A stretch of 64,000 nucleotides of DNA. It comes from an uncultured Opitutales bacterium. GTDB lineage: Bacteria; Verrucomicrobiota; Verrucomicrobiia; Opitutales; UBA2987. Both the position numbers and the translations under genes were made by a program. The stretch lies in assembly GCA_964542645.1 (NCBI GenBank), contig CAZIUG010000008.1:516338-580337 (forward strand), read 5' to 3'. Under the pieces are notes generated by a model. That model was not told where the DNA came from. It did no database searches and saw only the letters and a program-made list of their open reading frames with translations. Within the stretch, counting starts at the first letter, position 1, and the number at the start of each line of letters is the position of its first letter. This document shows, in pieces, positions 52,109-61,460 of this stretch.

Positions 52109-52321
52109 AGAATGGAAGATTTGGGCTTGCCTGAAAATGGTGAACTTGGAGTAATAGACCCCGCTCCACGTATTTCTGAGAAGTTTGCGTTCATTGGTTC
52201 TTTCCAATTTAGGAAGATTCTTCTTCCCTTGTATCATTTGTGCTCTTCTGTATCCTTGAGGGGTAGAAAATCAAGAGTGCTTGAATGATTGATACCCTGA
52301 TTCATTGATAATAAATAAGAT

Positions 52322-52396
52322 TGCTCGGTAGCTCAGCGGTAGAGCAGGTGGCTGTTAACCACTTGGTCGCAGGTTCGAATCCTGCCCGAGCAGCCA
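52322..52396 (+). tRNA. tRNA-Asn (GTT)
   Basis: Acceptor TGCTCGG/CCGAGCA, anticodon arm GGTGG-CTGTTAA-CCACT, GGTTCGAATCC, discriminator G, CCA. Confidence 0.96.
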
Positions 52397-52531
52397 TTTT
52401 GCCATTCCAAATAGCTGTGGAAAACCATGGAAGGCAGGAGTTAACATTTTGGTTAGAATGGCTCTACTTTTTGTTCAAGACCGAGGACTTGACAACTTTT
52501 GTATAGTGAGCGTGTGTGCAGATCGTCCATA

Positions 52532-52888
52532 ATGAAAGCCGTCAGAAGTTTATTGCATTTGCTCTCAGCTGCTACCGTCTTGCTTTTGCTATATGCAGGC
52601 AGCAGTGGTGATCTGCACAGGCTGCTTCATGAGCATGGAGACAAGGCTGGATCGGGATCCCCCTATGAAGGTTCCTGTAATTCTAATTCCGATGATCCAT
52701 TAGATGAAAGTTCCTGCAACAGCAGTTGTGCTGTTCTTCTATTCTCCAGCGGTCTGGTCCTGAACAATCCAATTGAGCCTATACCCGTCGAAAGGCATCT
52801 GCTGGCGATCCATATTGACAGAACGCCGGACAAACTGGTTCAAGGGGTCCAGATACCGACACAAGCCCGGGCACCACCGGTTCTCTGA
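52532..52888 (+). CDS. Putative metal-responsive leader/arrest peptide (DUF2946/CruR-like) ending in RAPP
   Basis: Signal-like N-terminus, HRLLHEH, SCNSSCAV, C-terminal QARAPPVL-stop, 86 nt upstream of a TonB receptor. Confidence 0.78.
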   Translation: MKAVRSLLHLLSAATVLLLLYAGSSGDLHRLLHEHGDKAGSGSPYEGSCNSNSDDPLDESSCNSSCAVLLFSSGLVLNNPIEPIPVERHLLAIHIDRTPDKLVQGVQIPTQARAPPVL

Positions 52889-52971
52889 AAAATGATCCAT
52901 TTCCATTGGCCTGCCAATTCTGAGCAATCAGATGAGCATGCCTTCGCCTTTTTCATCATTTTAAGAGAACC
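52879..52971 (+). promoter_or_regulatory. Predicted RNA structure sequestering the TonB receptor ribosome-binding region
   Basis: GGTTCTCT (52879-86) pairs with AGAGAACC (52964-71); AAAATGAT (52889-96) pairs with ATCATTTT (52955-62); internal hairpins at 52905-18 and 52919-32. Confidence 0.7.
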
Positions 52972-52974
52972 CTC

Positions 52975-55062
52975 ATGCAATTTTTCAGAAAATCCAAATC
53001 GAAATCCGTTAGATCCGCCATTCTTGGCTCAATCGCTTTCTTACCATCCTTTTCGCTGGCTGACACTAGAACCAGCGATCATTCACATTCTAAAATCCAT
53101 GAACTAGACCCATTTGTCGTTAACGCTTCCCTTACTCCACGGAGTAGTCGTGACATGCTAACACCTACCACGGTGGTTGCTTTGGATAAGCTCGAAATCA
53201 GCTTGGCACCCACACTTGGCGAAGCGTTGGACAACCAACCGGGCGTGAACTCTACTGCCTTCGGCGCAGGGGCCAGCCGACCCGTGATCCGCGGACTGGA
53301 GGGTAACCGCCTACGAGTGATGGAAAGCGGAGTGGACATCGGGGACCTCTCTGCTGACAGCCCCGATCATGCTGTTTCCTTGGAACCGTTCTTCATCGAG
53401 CGTATCGAAATCCTGCGCGGTGCGTCGACACTTCAATTTGGCAGTTCTGCGATTGGAGGTGTCGTCAATGTCATCGACACCCGTATCCCCCGCACCCGAC
53501 CTCCGAAGAATTCCTCACTGGAAGCCATAACAGATTACCAATCATCAGCTGATGGGTGGAGTTTTGGTGGTCTGACAACGGTTTCCATACAGGGTATTGC
53601 TGTTTCGGTAAGCTACCTAGACAGGGACCACAACGATTACTCGATTCCCGGGCATCCCGATCATGATGAGGAACAAACGGAAATCCTTGAGAATTCATTT
53701 CTGGAATCCAAAGCCACCTCTGTAGCTCTTTCATGGTTCGCCTCCGGAAGTACGCGGTTCAGCATCGCTCGGACAACCTACGAATCCCAGTATGGTGTTC
53801 CCTGGCACGAGCACGGCACGCACGAGGAGCATGAAAATGAAGAAAACCACGAAGAACATAAAGAAGAGGAATTGCATCACGAAGACGATGAGCATGGCAT
53901 CTCCATCGATCTAAACCAATCGACAGTGGATCTTGATTTTGAGCATACCATCGAAAACTCTTGGCTAAATGCAATTGAAGGAAGATTGCGGCATGTCGAA
54001 TATGATCACCAGGAACTGGAGGGGGACGAAATTGGAACCGACTTTAACCGTGAATCCACAGAGGCCCGTCTTATCGCCACCTATCTTACCGGACCGAATG
54101 ACCAAGGAGCATTTGGCATACAGTGGCTATCACTCGACTCCATGGCTGTCGGTGAAGAATCGCTCACTCCAGACTCGACCACAACAGACACAGCGCTGTT
54201 CCTATTGCAGGAAATGCAGATCAATAATATCCGCGTTGAAGGAGGCATACGAGTGGAACATCGGGAGATCCAAATAACGGATGACGAAGGTTACGATGGC
54301 TGGGCACTCTCAGGATCACTTGGTGCAAAGATTCAATTGACTGAACATTGGTCGATTGGGACTCTTTTCAATCACGCTGAGCGGCATCCCGTGGCGACAG
54401 AATTGTATGCATCTGGCCCGCACGCTGCTACCCAGCAATTTGAGATTGGCGATTCATCCTTCGATTCTGAATCAGCCAATGGTATTGATTTATCGCTTCA
54501 TTGGGATGCAAGCGACTTGAGCGCCAGCCTAACGGCTTTTCATACTGATTTTTCCGATTTCATCTACGCTGCTCCAACAAAGGATGAGCAACATGGATTT
54601 CGCGTGTACCAGTATACACAGGCAGACACAACCTTCTATGGTCTCGAGGCTGCATTGACCTGGCATGCATGGCAGGCTAGCAATGCCTATTTCGACATCA
54701 GTTTTCAAGTAGACACCGTGAATGCCAATATCGAGAAAACCAACGACCTCCTGCCACGGATTCCCCCATTGCGTCTCGGACCCCGGGTACAATTCGGATC
54801 CAAGGACTGGATGATCAATTCGTCTATTCTCCATAGTTTTCCCCAAGATAGGACATCACCATTCGAAGCCTCCTCCGATGCCTACACCAATTGGTCTGCA
54901 TCCTTGCTAATCGATTTACCATTCCAAACAGGTAATTGGCATCTCATTGTCAGTGGACGAAACCTGCTGGATGAAGAAATTCGTCCCCATACGTCTCCTC
55001 TGAAGGAGGTTGCTCCGGCTCCGGGTAGGCACGTGAAACTTACTCTTTCAACCGCCTTTTAA
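52975..55062 (+). CDS. TonB-dependent receptor, ZnuD-like, with His/Glu-rich loop
   Basis: TLGEAL..QPGV, GASRPVIRG, SPDHAV, IEILRG, ELYASGPHAAT, HEHGTHEEHENEENHEEH loop, terminal F. Confidence 0.88.
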   Translation: MQFFRKSKSKSVRSAILGSIAFLPSFSLADTRTSDHSHSKIHELDPFVVNASLTPRSSRDMLTPTTVVALDKLEISLAPTLGEALDNQPGVNSTAFGAGASRPVIRGLEGNRLRVMESGVDIGDLSADSPDHAVSLEPFFIERIEILRGASTLQFGSSAIGGVVNVIDTRIPRTRPPKNSSLEAITDYQSSADGWSFGGLTTVSIQGIAVSVSYLDRDHNDYSIPGHPDHDEEQTEILENSFLESKATSVALSWFASGSTRFSIARTTYESQYGVPWHEHGTHEEHENEENHEEHKEEELHHEDDEHGISIDLNQSTVDLDFEHTIENSWLNAIEGRLRHVEYDHQELEGDEIGTDFNRESTEARLIATYLTGPNDQGAFGIQWLSLDSMAVGEESLTPDSTTTDTALFLLQEMQINNIRVEGGIRVEHREIQITDDEGYDGWALSGSLGAKIQLTEHWSIGTLFNHAERHPVATELYASGPHAATQQFEIGDSSFDSESANGIDLSLHWDASDLSASLTAFHTDFSDFIYAAPTKDEQHGFRVYQYTQADTTFYGLEAALTWHAWQASNAYFDISFQVDTVNANIEKTNDLLPRIPPLRLGPRVQFGSKDWMINSSILHSFPQDRTSPFEASSDAYTNWSASLLIDLPFQTGNWHLIVSGRNLLDEEIRPHTSPLKEVAPAPGRHVKLTLSTAF

Positions 55063-55189
55063 TCATGGGTAAATGACCCTTTCGAACCACGAATACATTT
55101 TTGCCACGGATTCAATCGGTCCTTAATCTGAACAAATCTGGTCTAGAGCTCGAATTTATACCTACATGGAATGAGCTGCCATTGGACGC

Positions 55190-56305
55190 CTACAGCATCC
55201 GAACGACCAAATCTCCCACAATATACGCGACAATAGCCACCCCAAGTCCAACAGCAAACATATCAGCTCCACTGCGAATAATACTCCGGCCCGTAAAGAT
55301 GCTACGCGTTGCTCCCACGACAAAATGGGATAACATGGAAACAGCGAAGGAGGTCACGATGGCGGACTTACCTTCGAGAAAGAAGAAGGGAGCGACTGGA
55401 ATAAGCGCACCAACCGCCGTGGCTAGCCCAGTGACCCATCCCTCCTTTATGGGTGTGGTGTGGAGATCTCCAATTCTAAATTCTTCTCGGACCAATTCCT
55501 GAAGCGCCCTCTCAGGGTCCTGCATCACCACACTCGCAAGTTCCCTCGCCCTATCTTCATCCATTCCTTTCGACCGGTATATCAGAGTTAGTTCATCCTC
55601 CTCAAGTTCCGGCATGAGCTTGATCTCCTCCTTCTCCATTTCAATCTCATGGGCATAAACCTCCCGCTCGCTCTTAGCAGCAAGGTAACCGGAGGAACCC
55701 ATAGAGAGCGCATCTGCAATCATTCCAGCGATACCTGTGACTAAGATCAGTCGATAGTCCACTGACGCCCCAACAACTCCTGCTACAAGCCCGAAATTCG
55801 CTGTAAGTCCATCATTGAATCCGTAAACAACATTGCGCAAAAAACCACCTGACTCGATCCGATGCCAGGGCTCCCCTGTTTTATCTGCAATCCCGCTCAA
55901 TGTCAGCGCGTGTTGAGCTGACTCTTTGGCCAGTAATAGCGCCGCCTCCTTTGGATTCTCACTTTCACTCTGATTATAGAGAGCCAGATATCCTTTCACT
56001 TCCTGGCCCTCTTCCTTTAGAAGCATCTCTAAAAGCGAACCCGGCCCGTATCGGGAAGCAAACCAGGCTAATAACCGAGCACGCAAAGAGGGTCTCGTCT
56101 CAGGAACCGCAAAGCCCTCATCAGAAATCAAATTTCTCCAAATACTGGCATGTCGATCTTCAACTTCGGCAAGTTTTTGATAGATACCCGACCTCTTCGA
56201 ATCCAACTCAAGTTCAGCCAGCCTTCGATAAAGGAAGGCAGCATCCGCCTCGTCCTGAAGATGATCCTTCCAGACGGTCAAATCCCGTTTTTCAGCTAAT
56301 GCCAT
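55190..56305 (-). CDS. VIT1/CCC1 family transporter with N-terminal rubrerythrin/ferritin-like domain
   Basis: DEADAAFLY, EDRHA, ESAQHA; VYGFNDGL, ALSMGSSGYL, GALIPVAPF. Confidence 0.88.
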   Translation of the reverse strand: MALAEKRDLTVWKDHLQDEADAAFLYRRLAELELDSKRSGIYQKLAEVEDRHASIWRNLISDEGFAVPETRPSLRARLLAWFASRYGPGSLLEMLLKEEGQEVKGYLALYNQSESENPKEAALLLAKESAQHALTLSGIADKTGEPWHRIESGGFLRNVVYGFNDGLTANFGLVAGVVGASVDYRLILVTGIAGMIADALSMGSSGYLAAKSEREVYAHEIEMEKEEIKLMPELEEDELTLIYRSKGMDEDRARELASVVMQDPERALQELVREEFRIGDLHTTPIKEGWVTGLATAVGALIPVAPFFFLEGKSAIVTSFAVSMLSHFVVGATRSIFTGRSIIRSGADMFAVGLGVAIVAYIVGDLVVRML

Positions 56306-56817
56306 ATCTCGATCAAAGGCCCTCTCTCCCCACAAAAAGGATCCATCGGGGGAAGAGGAACACGAGCAATAATCTCATCCTCTCCCGGCCGCTGTCCCTT
56401 CTGACCATAGCACATATCCATCCGTTGACCCCGCGGATAGGCTCCCACCACTCCGAATCGAAAACTTGATCCCAGATTCTTATGAACTACTCCAGATGGA
56501 ATAACCACCGCATCCCCTACTCCTACCTCCTTTTCAATTCCATTTTCTCCGCCAAACTGAAGGACAGCAGTTCCATTGTATATCCCAAGTACCTCGTGAG
56601 TGTTGGCGTGGTAGTGATGGAAACCGTAGACCCCGTTACGCCAGCTGTGGACCCACCCATTCTCAGCCAATAGTTCTTCGAATGCATCTGCCGTTACTTT
56701 TGACGGCGGAATCACCCTCTGGTAATAGAGCAAGGGCAGTGTCCCGTCGGTTGACATTTTCCCGGTACCACCTAGAGGGAAGCTACTGACATTAAGTTCT
56801 TGGGGTTCTATTCGCAT
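56296..56817 (-). CDS. Cupin domain protein (YjlB-like)
   Basis: LPLLYY, WRNGVYGFHHYHANTHEVLG, IPSGVVH, VGAYP; GAGG RBS before ATG 56817. Confidence 0.85.
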   Translation of the reverse strand: MRIEPQELNVSSFPLGGTGKMSTDGTLPLLYYQRVIPPSKVTADAFEELLAENGWVHSWRNGVYGFHHYHANTHEVLGIYNGTAVLQFGGENGIEKEVGVGDAVVIPSGVVHKNLGSSFRFGVVGAYPRGQRMDMCYGQKGQRPGEDEIIARVPLPPMDPFCGERGPLIEIWH

Positions 56818-56967
56818 TAACCTCGGCTCTAATATCGTCTGGAGAATTTTAGTTCTGCCGTCCACAAGAATTTAATTTCGGCAAGCCTCATTGGATCTAA
56901 GGCTTCTGCTAACCCGAAAAAATCGGCTGCCTAGCCAAATCACCCAAAGTTCTTTCTTAATTAGACT

Positions 56968-57720
56968 TTAACCCGCCTCCTCGATTCTTTGCTTAAAATC
57001 ATTCGCCCCATCCTCCAACCAACCTGCTACGCTGGTCATGACTACCTTAACTCCGGCCGAGACAAAGTCAGCGACATTGCTATTATTTGTCAAAGTCCCT
57101 GCGATGCGACCTGCCGCCTGGATGCGTTCGAGACTCCTGAAGATTGTATTTTGTACTTCAGGATGACTCATATTACCGATGTGCCCCATTGAAGTCGCCA
57201 GGTCCGAAGGCGCTACAAAAAAAACATCTATGTGTTCTGTGGTAAGTATCTCATCCAAATTCTCAACCGCGACAATATCTTCGATTAAAGCAATAAGCAA
57301 TGTCTCATCGTTAGATGTTTCAAAGTAGTCGCTCACCCCGAATCCCTGCCGGCTCGTGTACATCCCACGACGACCAATCGGAGCAAATTTACCGCCCTCG
57401 ACAAGGTTCTGTGCTTCTTCCTTGGTATCCACATGCGGCACCACGATCCCTTGTGCGCCCCGATCCAGAGTTCGGTAAATCAAAGCCTGATCGTTGCGAT
57501 TAATGCGACATACCGACGTCATGCCCCAGATATCACAGGCCCGCGTCAAGTTTCCGAGGTCCGCTGCGTCAACTGCACCGTGTTCCCCTTCTAACCACAC
57601 ACCATCAAACCCGTTGGGCCCGAAAGCATCTATATCGTCGGGGTGCGTAATTCCAGAAACTATACTAGCGACTTCACCCTTCGCTATTTTTTCTTTTATT
57701 CTGTTGGGACGAATCTTCAT
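56968..57720 (-). CDS. HpcH/HpaI aldolase family protein
   Basis: LEGEHG, LDRGAQGIVVPHV, APIGRRG, LIED, APSDL. Confidence 0.9.
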   Translation of the reverse strand: MKIRPNRIKEKIAKGEVASIVSGITHPDDIDAFGPNGFDGVWLEGEHGAVDAADLGNLTRACDIWGMTSVCRINRNDQALIYRTLDRGAQGIVVPHVDTKEEAQNLVEGGKFAPIGRRGMYTSRQGFGVSDYFETSNDETLLIALIEDIVAVENLDEILTTEHIDVFFVAPSDLATSMGHIGNMSHPEVQNTIFRSLERIQAAGRIAGTLTNNSNVADFVSAGVKVVMTSVAGWLEDGANDFKQRIEEAG

Positions 57721-58230
57721 TGTTTCTCCTTAAGCTTGAAGTTTACGCTATGCCACCGTTGGTGGCGTCCTTTGAAATATCACTCATTTTCGCCCAAAGG
57801 GAAAGGGTTTTTTCCATGTCTGTTTTCACAAGGTGGTAAGCACCGGAAGCCGTTCTCGTCCTCCTCCTATTCTTTATCGCCTTAAACCAAGACCCCAACG
57901 ATAAAGATTTCGAATTGGATCCCCCCAGCGGCAGATCGGCAACAATTGTACTCCATAATCTCTCAGCCTAAACAAAATTAAAAATTTCCCTTGTTCAGTA
58001 GGGAAAGGTCTACTTAGACAAAAGCTTGTAGTGCCAGTTAATCATTTCCACCAACAAGGAATCAAACGAACACGACATACCATCACAAAAACACTCAAAG
58101 CAGCGTCTGCTCTTTTACTGAATTCTTCGCCAGGACCTGCCCCATATTTAGTTCCAAAAGCCGCGGATTGAAATTCATTTGATTCTGTGTTGTGATCATC
58201 AACGAAATTACTATTTCGGCAATATTAATT

Positions 58231-59169
58231 ATGAAATACACAAAATTAGGGAGAACTGGATTGAGAGTTTCCAAACTCGGGTTCGGAACCGGCGGACACT
58301 TTTGTTTAGGCCAAAGGGATGGTGTACCGGAACCGGAAGTCCATAGGCTTATTCGTGAGGCATTGGACCTTGGGTACAATCTTTTTGATACATCCCCTGA
58401 TTATCTGGACAGTGAATTGATCCTAAGACGATCTTTGAAAGGAGTACCACGTGATCGCTATTTTCTGAGCGATAAGGTAGTCGTGAGCGACGAGAAGAGA
58501 GGGATCCCAAGTCCAACCCAAATCAGACAATCGGTTGAATACAGCCTGAAGAGACTAGGAATCGATACTCTAGATATCCTTCTGATCGCAGGTTCATGTC
58601 TCTCCAGTCACTTTGAAAGGGTACGGAACGAGCATTTCCCAGTTCTCGATAAGTTAAAAAAAGATGGAAAAATTCGCTTCGTAGGCTCTTCGGAGAAATC
58701 ATCTGTCGACGGCCCACATGACTGGCTTAAAAGGCTGCTCGAGGCCGACCTCGTCGACGTAGTTATGGCAGGATATAATATCTTCAACCAGTCGGCAGAT
58801 AGGAGCATATTTCCATTATGCCAAAAGAAGAATGTTGGGGTTCTCAGCATTTACACCGTCCGCAACGCTTTTCGTGACAAGGAACGGCTCATGGAGACCA
58901 TTGCGGACTTAAAGTCCCGTGGTCTCCTGGAAGACAAATTTACTACAGAGGAGTTCCTCGCGTTGATTCCAAGAGAAGAAACACTGGCTAGTGTAGCTTA
59001 CAAGTTCGCCGCTGCCAACAAAGCTGTGACCACTACGATGGTGACGAGCAGCAATATTGCCCATCTTAGAGAAAATAGTTCCATATTCGCCACTCCAGCT
59101 TTGCCAGATGATCTTATTTCCAAGTTCCGGGAACTTTTTAATAGAATCGCTATTCCCGTTGGAACCTAA
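58231..59169 (+). CDS. Aldo/keto reductase
   Basis: LGRTGLRVSKLGFG, FDTSPDY, SLKRLG, GKIRFVG. Confidence 0.88.
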   Translation: MKYTKLGRTGLRVSKLGFGTGGHFCLGQRDGVPEPEVHRLIREALDLGYNLFDTSPDYLDSELILRRSLKGVPRDRYFLSDKVVVSDEKRGIPSPTQIRQSVEYSLKRLGIDTLDILLIAGSCLSSHFERVRNEHFPVLDKLKKDGKIRFVGSSEKSSVDGPHDWLKRLLEADLVDVVMAGYNIFNQSADRSIFPLCQKKNVGVLSIYTVRNAFRDKERLMETIADLKSRGLLEDKFTTEEFLALIPREETLASVAYKFAAANKAVTTTMVTSSNIAHLRENSSIFATPALPDDLISKFRELFNRIAIPVGT

Positions 59170-59196
59170 TGAGGGTTAACTTCTTCTTTATAAATC

Positions 59197-60390
59197 ATGA
59201 AAATCACCAATGTTAGAACTATCTTTGTAAATCCTGGCGGAACAGTGAACTATGGGACCGGCTATAACCGTAGTTGGGCCTTTGTAAAAATATATACAGA
59301 TTCCGGTATCACTGGAATCGGCGAAGCTTTCCACAGTCTTGATGAGCTAGTTGAAGGAGCCATCAGGAAGTATAAGCGTTGGCTGATAGGACAGGACCCA
59401 TCTCGAATCAATTACCTTTGGCAAGGAATCTACCGGGGACTCCGGTATCCTTTAGGTACGGCCGAACTTTCCGCTCTGAGTGCAATTGAGCATGCTCTTT
59501 GGGACATAAAGGGAAAGGAGCTTAATGTACCTGTCTACTCCCTCCTTGGCGGTCCCACCCGCGATCGTATCCGCTTGGCTGCTAATCCCCATATGTTTAG
59601 TTCTGGACAAAGTGATTCGGAGATGAATGACATCGTTGAATCTATGCGAATCTTGAAAAAAAAAGGCTTTACCGCTGCTAAATTTGACCCTCAGCCGGAG
59701 GGTTGGGAGAGCATGTCAGCCTCAGAGATCGTTGCTCAATCAATCCTTAGGATTAAACGCATCCGGGATGCAGTCGGTGAAGAGATCGACCTCTGCCTGG
59801 ACTACCACGGACGAGACCTCAATCCTGCTACTGCGATCCGCTTGGCTCAGGAACTTGAACCTTTCCACCCGCTCTACTATGAAGAACCGGTCATGAGCCA
59901 ATCATCTGAGATGATGGTTGAAGCGAGGAACAAAATCAAAATCCCTATTGCCGCCGGTGAACGAGCTGTTACCCGAACCCTGATGACCGACCTCATTGTT
60001 AAAAAAGCCGTCCACATAATCGAACCTGAACCCACCGCCAATGGAGGAATCGCTGAAACCCTGAAACTTGCCGCCATGGCTGAAATGTTCGACCTACTGG
60101 TTGCCCCCCATCAGGCTCAAGGTCCGGTCTCCCTCATGGTTTGCGCCCACATCGATGCTGCTATTAATAACTTTCTTATTCAAGAGTTTAATAACACCCT
60201 TCAGATGGAGAGCTCCTGCTATCGCGATGTGTTTATTGGAGGACCGGAAATAACAAATGGTTTCCTAGTCCTGCCAAATGTCCCAGGACTCGGGATCGAT
60301 ATCGAAGAAGAAGCTGCCAAGGACTACCCCTTTAAACCTTACGACCGCCCCATCATCTTCAACTTGGATGGTTCTGTAGGATTGGAGTGA
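59197..60390 (+). CDS. Enolase superfamily acid-sugar dehydratase (galactonate dehydratase-like)
   Basis: SAIEHALWDIKGK, LDYHG, YEEP, AAGER, APHQ, IQE. Confidence 0.88.
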   Translation: MKITNVRTIFVNPGGTVNYGTGYNRSWAFVKIYTDSGITGIGEAFHSLDELVEGAIRKYKRWLIGQDPSRINYLWQGIYRGLRYPLGTAELSALSAIEHALWDIKGKELNVPVYSLLGGPTRDRIRLAANPHMFSSGQSDSEMNDIVESMRILKKKGFTAAKFDPQPEGWESMSASEIVAQSILRIKRIRDAVGEEIDLCLDYHGRDLNPATAIRLAQELEPFHPLYYEEPVMSQSSEMMVEARNKIKIPIAAGERAVTRTLMTDLIVKKAVHIIEPEPTANGGIAETLKLAAMAEMFDLLVAPHQAQGPVSLMVCAHIDAAINNFLIQEFNNTLQMESSCYRDVFIGGPEITNGFLVLPNVPGLGIDIEEEAAKDYPFKPYDRPIIFNLDGSVGLE

Positions 60391-60478
60391 ATTCTGGTCC
60401 TGAAACCCTCCACCGTTATATAGCCAATATTATTGGCGAGATTTGGAAGGGTCAATTTCCTTGATACCCGGATTCAAA

Positions 60479-61348
60479 CTATAGATTATTCCACCGGCTC
60501 GGATTAATTCCTGGCGCGGCTTTTTCCATGCCCTTTGGTTTATGAGGTTGAACCCATTCCGCGCCTGTTGTGTTTAAACTTTTAAGGAAGGGCCGAGCGA
60601 TCTTCGGCGCGGTCTCGACAAGTCGCGGGTCCCACTCGTCCACCGGCTGGATCGGACCCGCCCAACTAGGACGATACCCTAGCTGTACCAACTCACGAGG
60701 ATTGGAGTCTTTGTTTGGATGACTACCGTGCAGTAGCATAGATGGCACCACCACGGCGGTGCCGGCCGGCGCCACAATAGTGATTTCTTCCGGATGCGAC
60801 TTATAGCGAACATAAGGGCTCGCTTCGGCATGAAATGAAAGATGGGACCGAGGGATCAGCCGAAAAGGAGCTCGTTCTGGAGTTAACTCGTCAAGATAGT
60901 ATAATACTCTTATGAGTCGCGGACAGCTTCCCTCATACCCAAATAGATTAGACCCATGAGGTTGCCCATCAGTATGTATCGAGATACCTGGACAACCCGG
61001 TTGCGTAAGTTGATAAAATCCCCGAGTGAAAACAATATCAGGTCCCATTAGATCAATGAGAAAATCCATCATCGGGCGATACCCAATTAATTCCGCTACG
61101 GCCTGACTAGCCCACTGGGGTTGAACCTTCGCACGAGATTGGTTGATACTGTAGTCTGCGTGACCCATCTCGATTTCAGCCAGCTCCTCTTTCATTCGTC
61201 CAATCAACTCGGAACTGAGGATCTCCGGGAAGACAACATAACCCTCTACTTCCAAATGACGAATCTGCTCCGGTCGACTCATCGACACAAAGTCCGTTTT
61301 ATCCAAGTTCATAAACCCGATCTCTTCTTCAGGTAAAATCTTCTCCAC
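60479..61348 (-). CDS. PhyH-family Fe(II)/2-oxoglutarate dioxygenase
   Basis: EGYVV, IHTD (HxD), IPRSH, LLHGS..N...R; GGAGGG RBS before GTG. Confidence 0.85.
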   Translation of the reverse strand: MEKILPEEEIGFMNLDKTDFVSMSRPEQIRHLEVEGYVVFPEILSSELIGRMKEELAEIEMGHADYSINQSRAKVQPQWASQAVAELIGYRPMMDFLIDLMGPDIVFTRGFYQLTQPGCPGISIHTDGQPHGSNLFGYEGSCPRLIRVLYYLDELTPERAPFRLIPRSHLSFHAEASPYVRYKSHPEEITIVAPAGTAVVVPSMLLHGSHPNKDSNPRELVQLGYRPSWAGPIQPVDEWDPRLVETAPKIARPFLKSLNTTGAEWVQPHKPKGMEKAAPGINPSRWNNL

Positions 61349-61460
61349 TTTTCCCTCCTATCCCACAACTAGGCGTTTTTCTAAGCATTCACCACTATTA
61401 CCCACCCCCTTTTTGTCCATCTTTTCTAACCACTACCCCCGGAAGAATATCGTAAACTAA

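Noticed and set aside
52321-52506. 61-aa ORF from the track
   Set aside because: Translation of the tRNA-Asn gene
57750-57768. GCCACC-GTT-GGTGGC hairpin upstream of the HpcH gene as a riboswitch
   Set aside because: Isolated hairpin, does not overlap the RBS, no aptamer features
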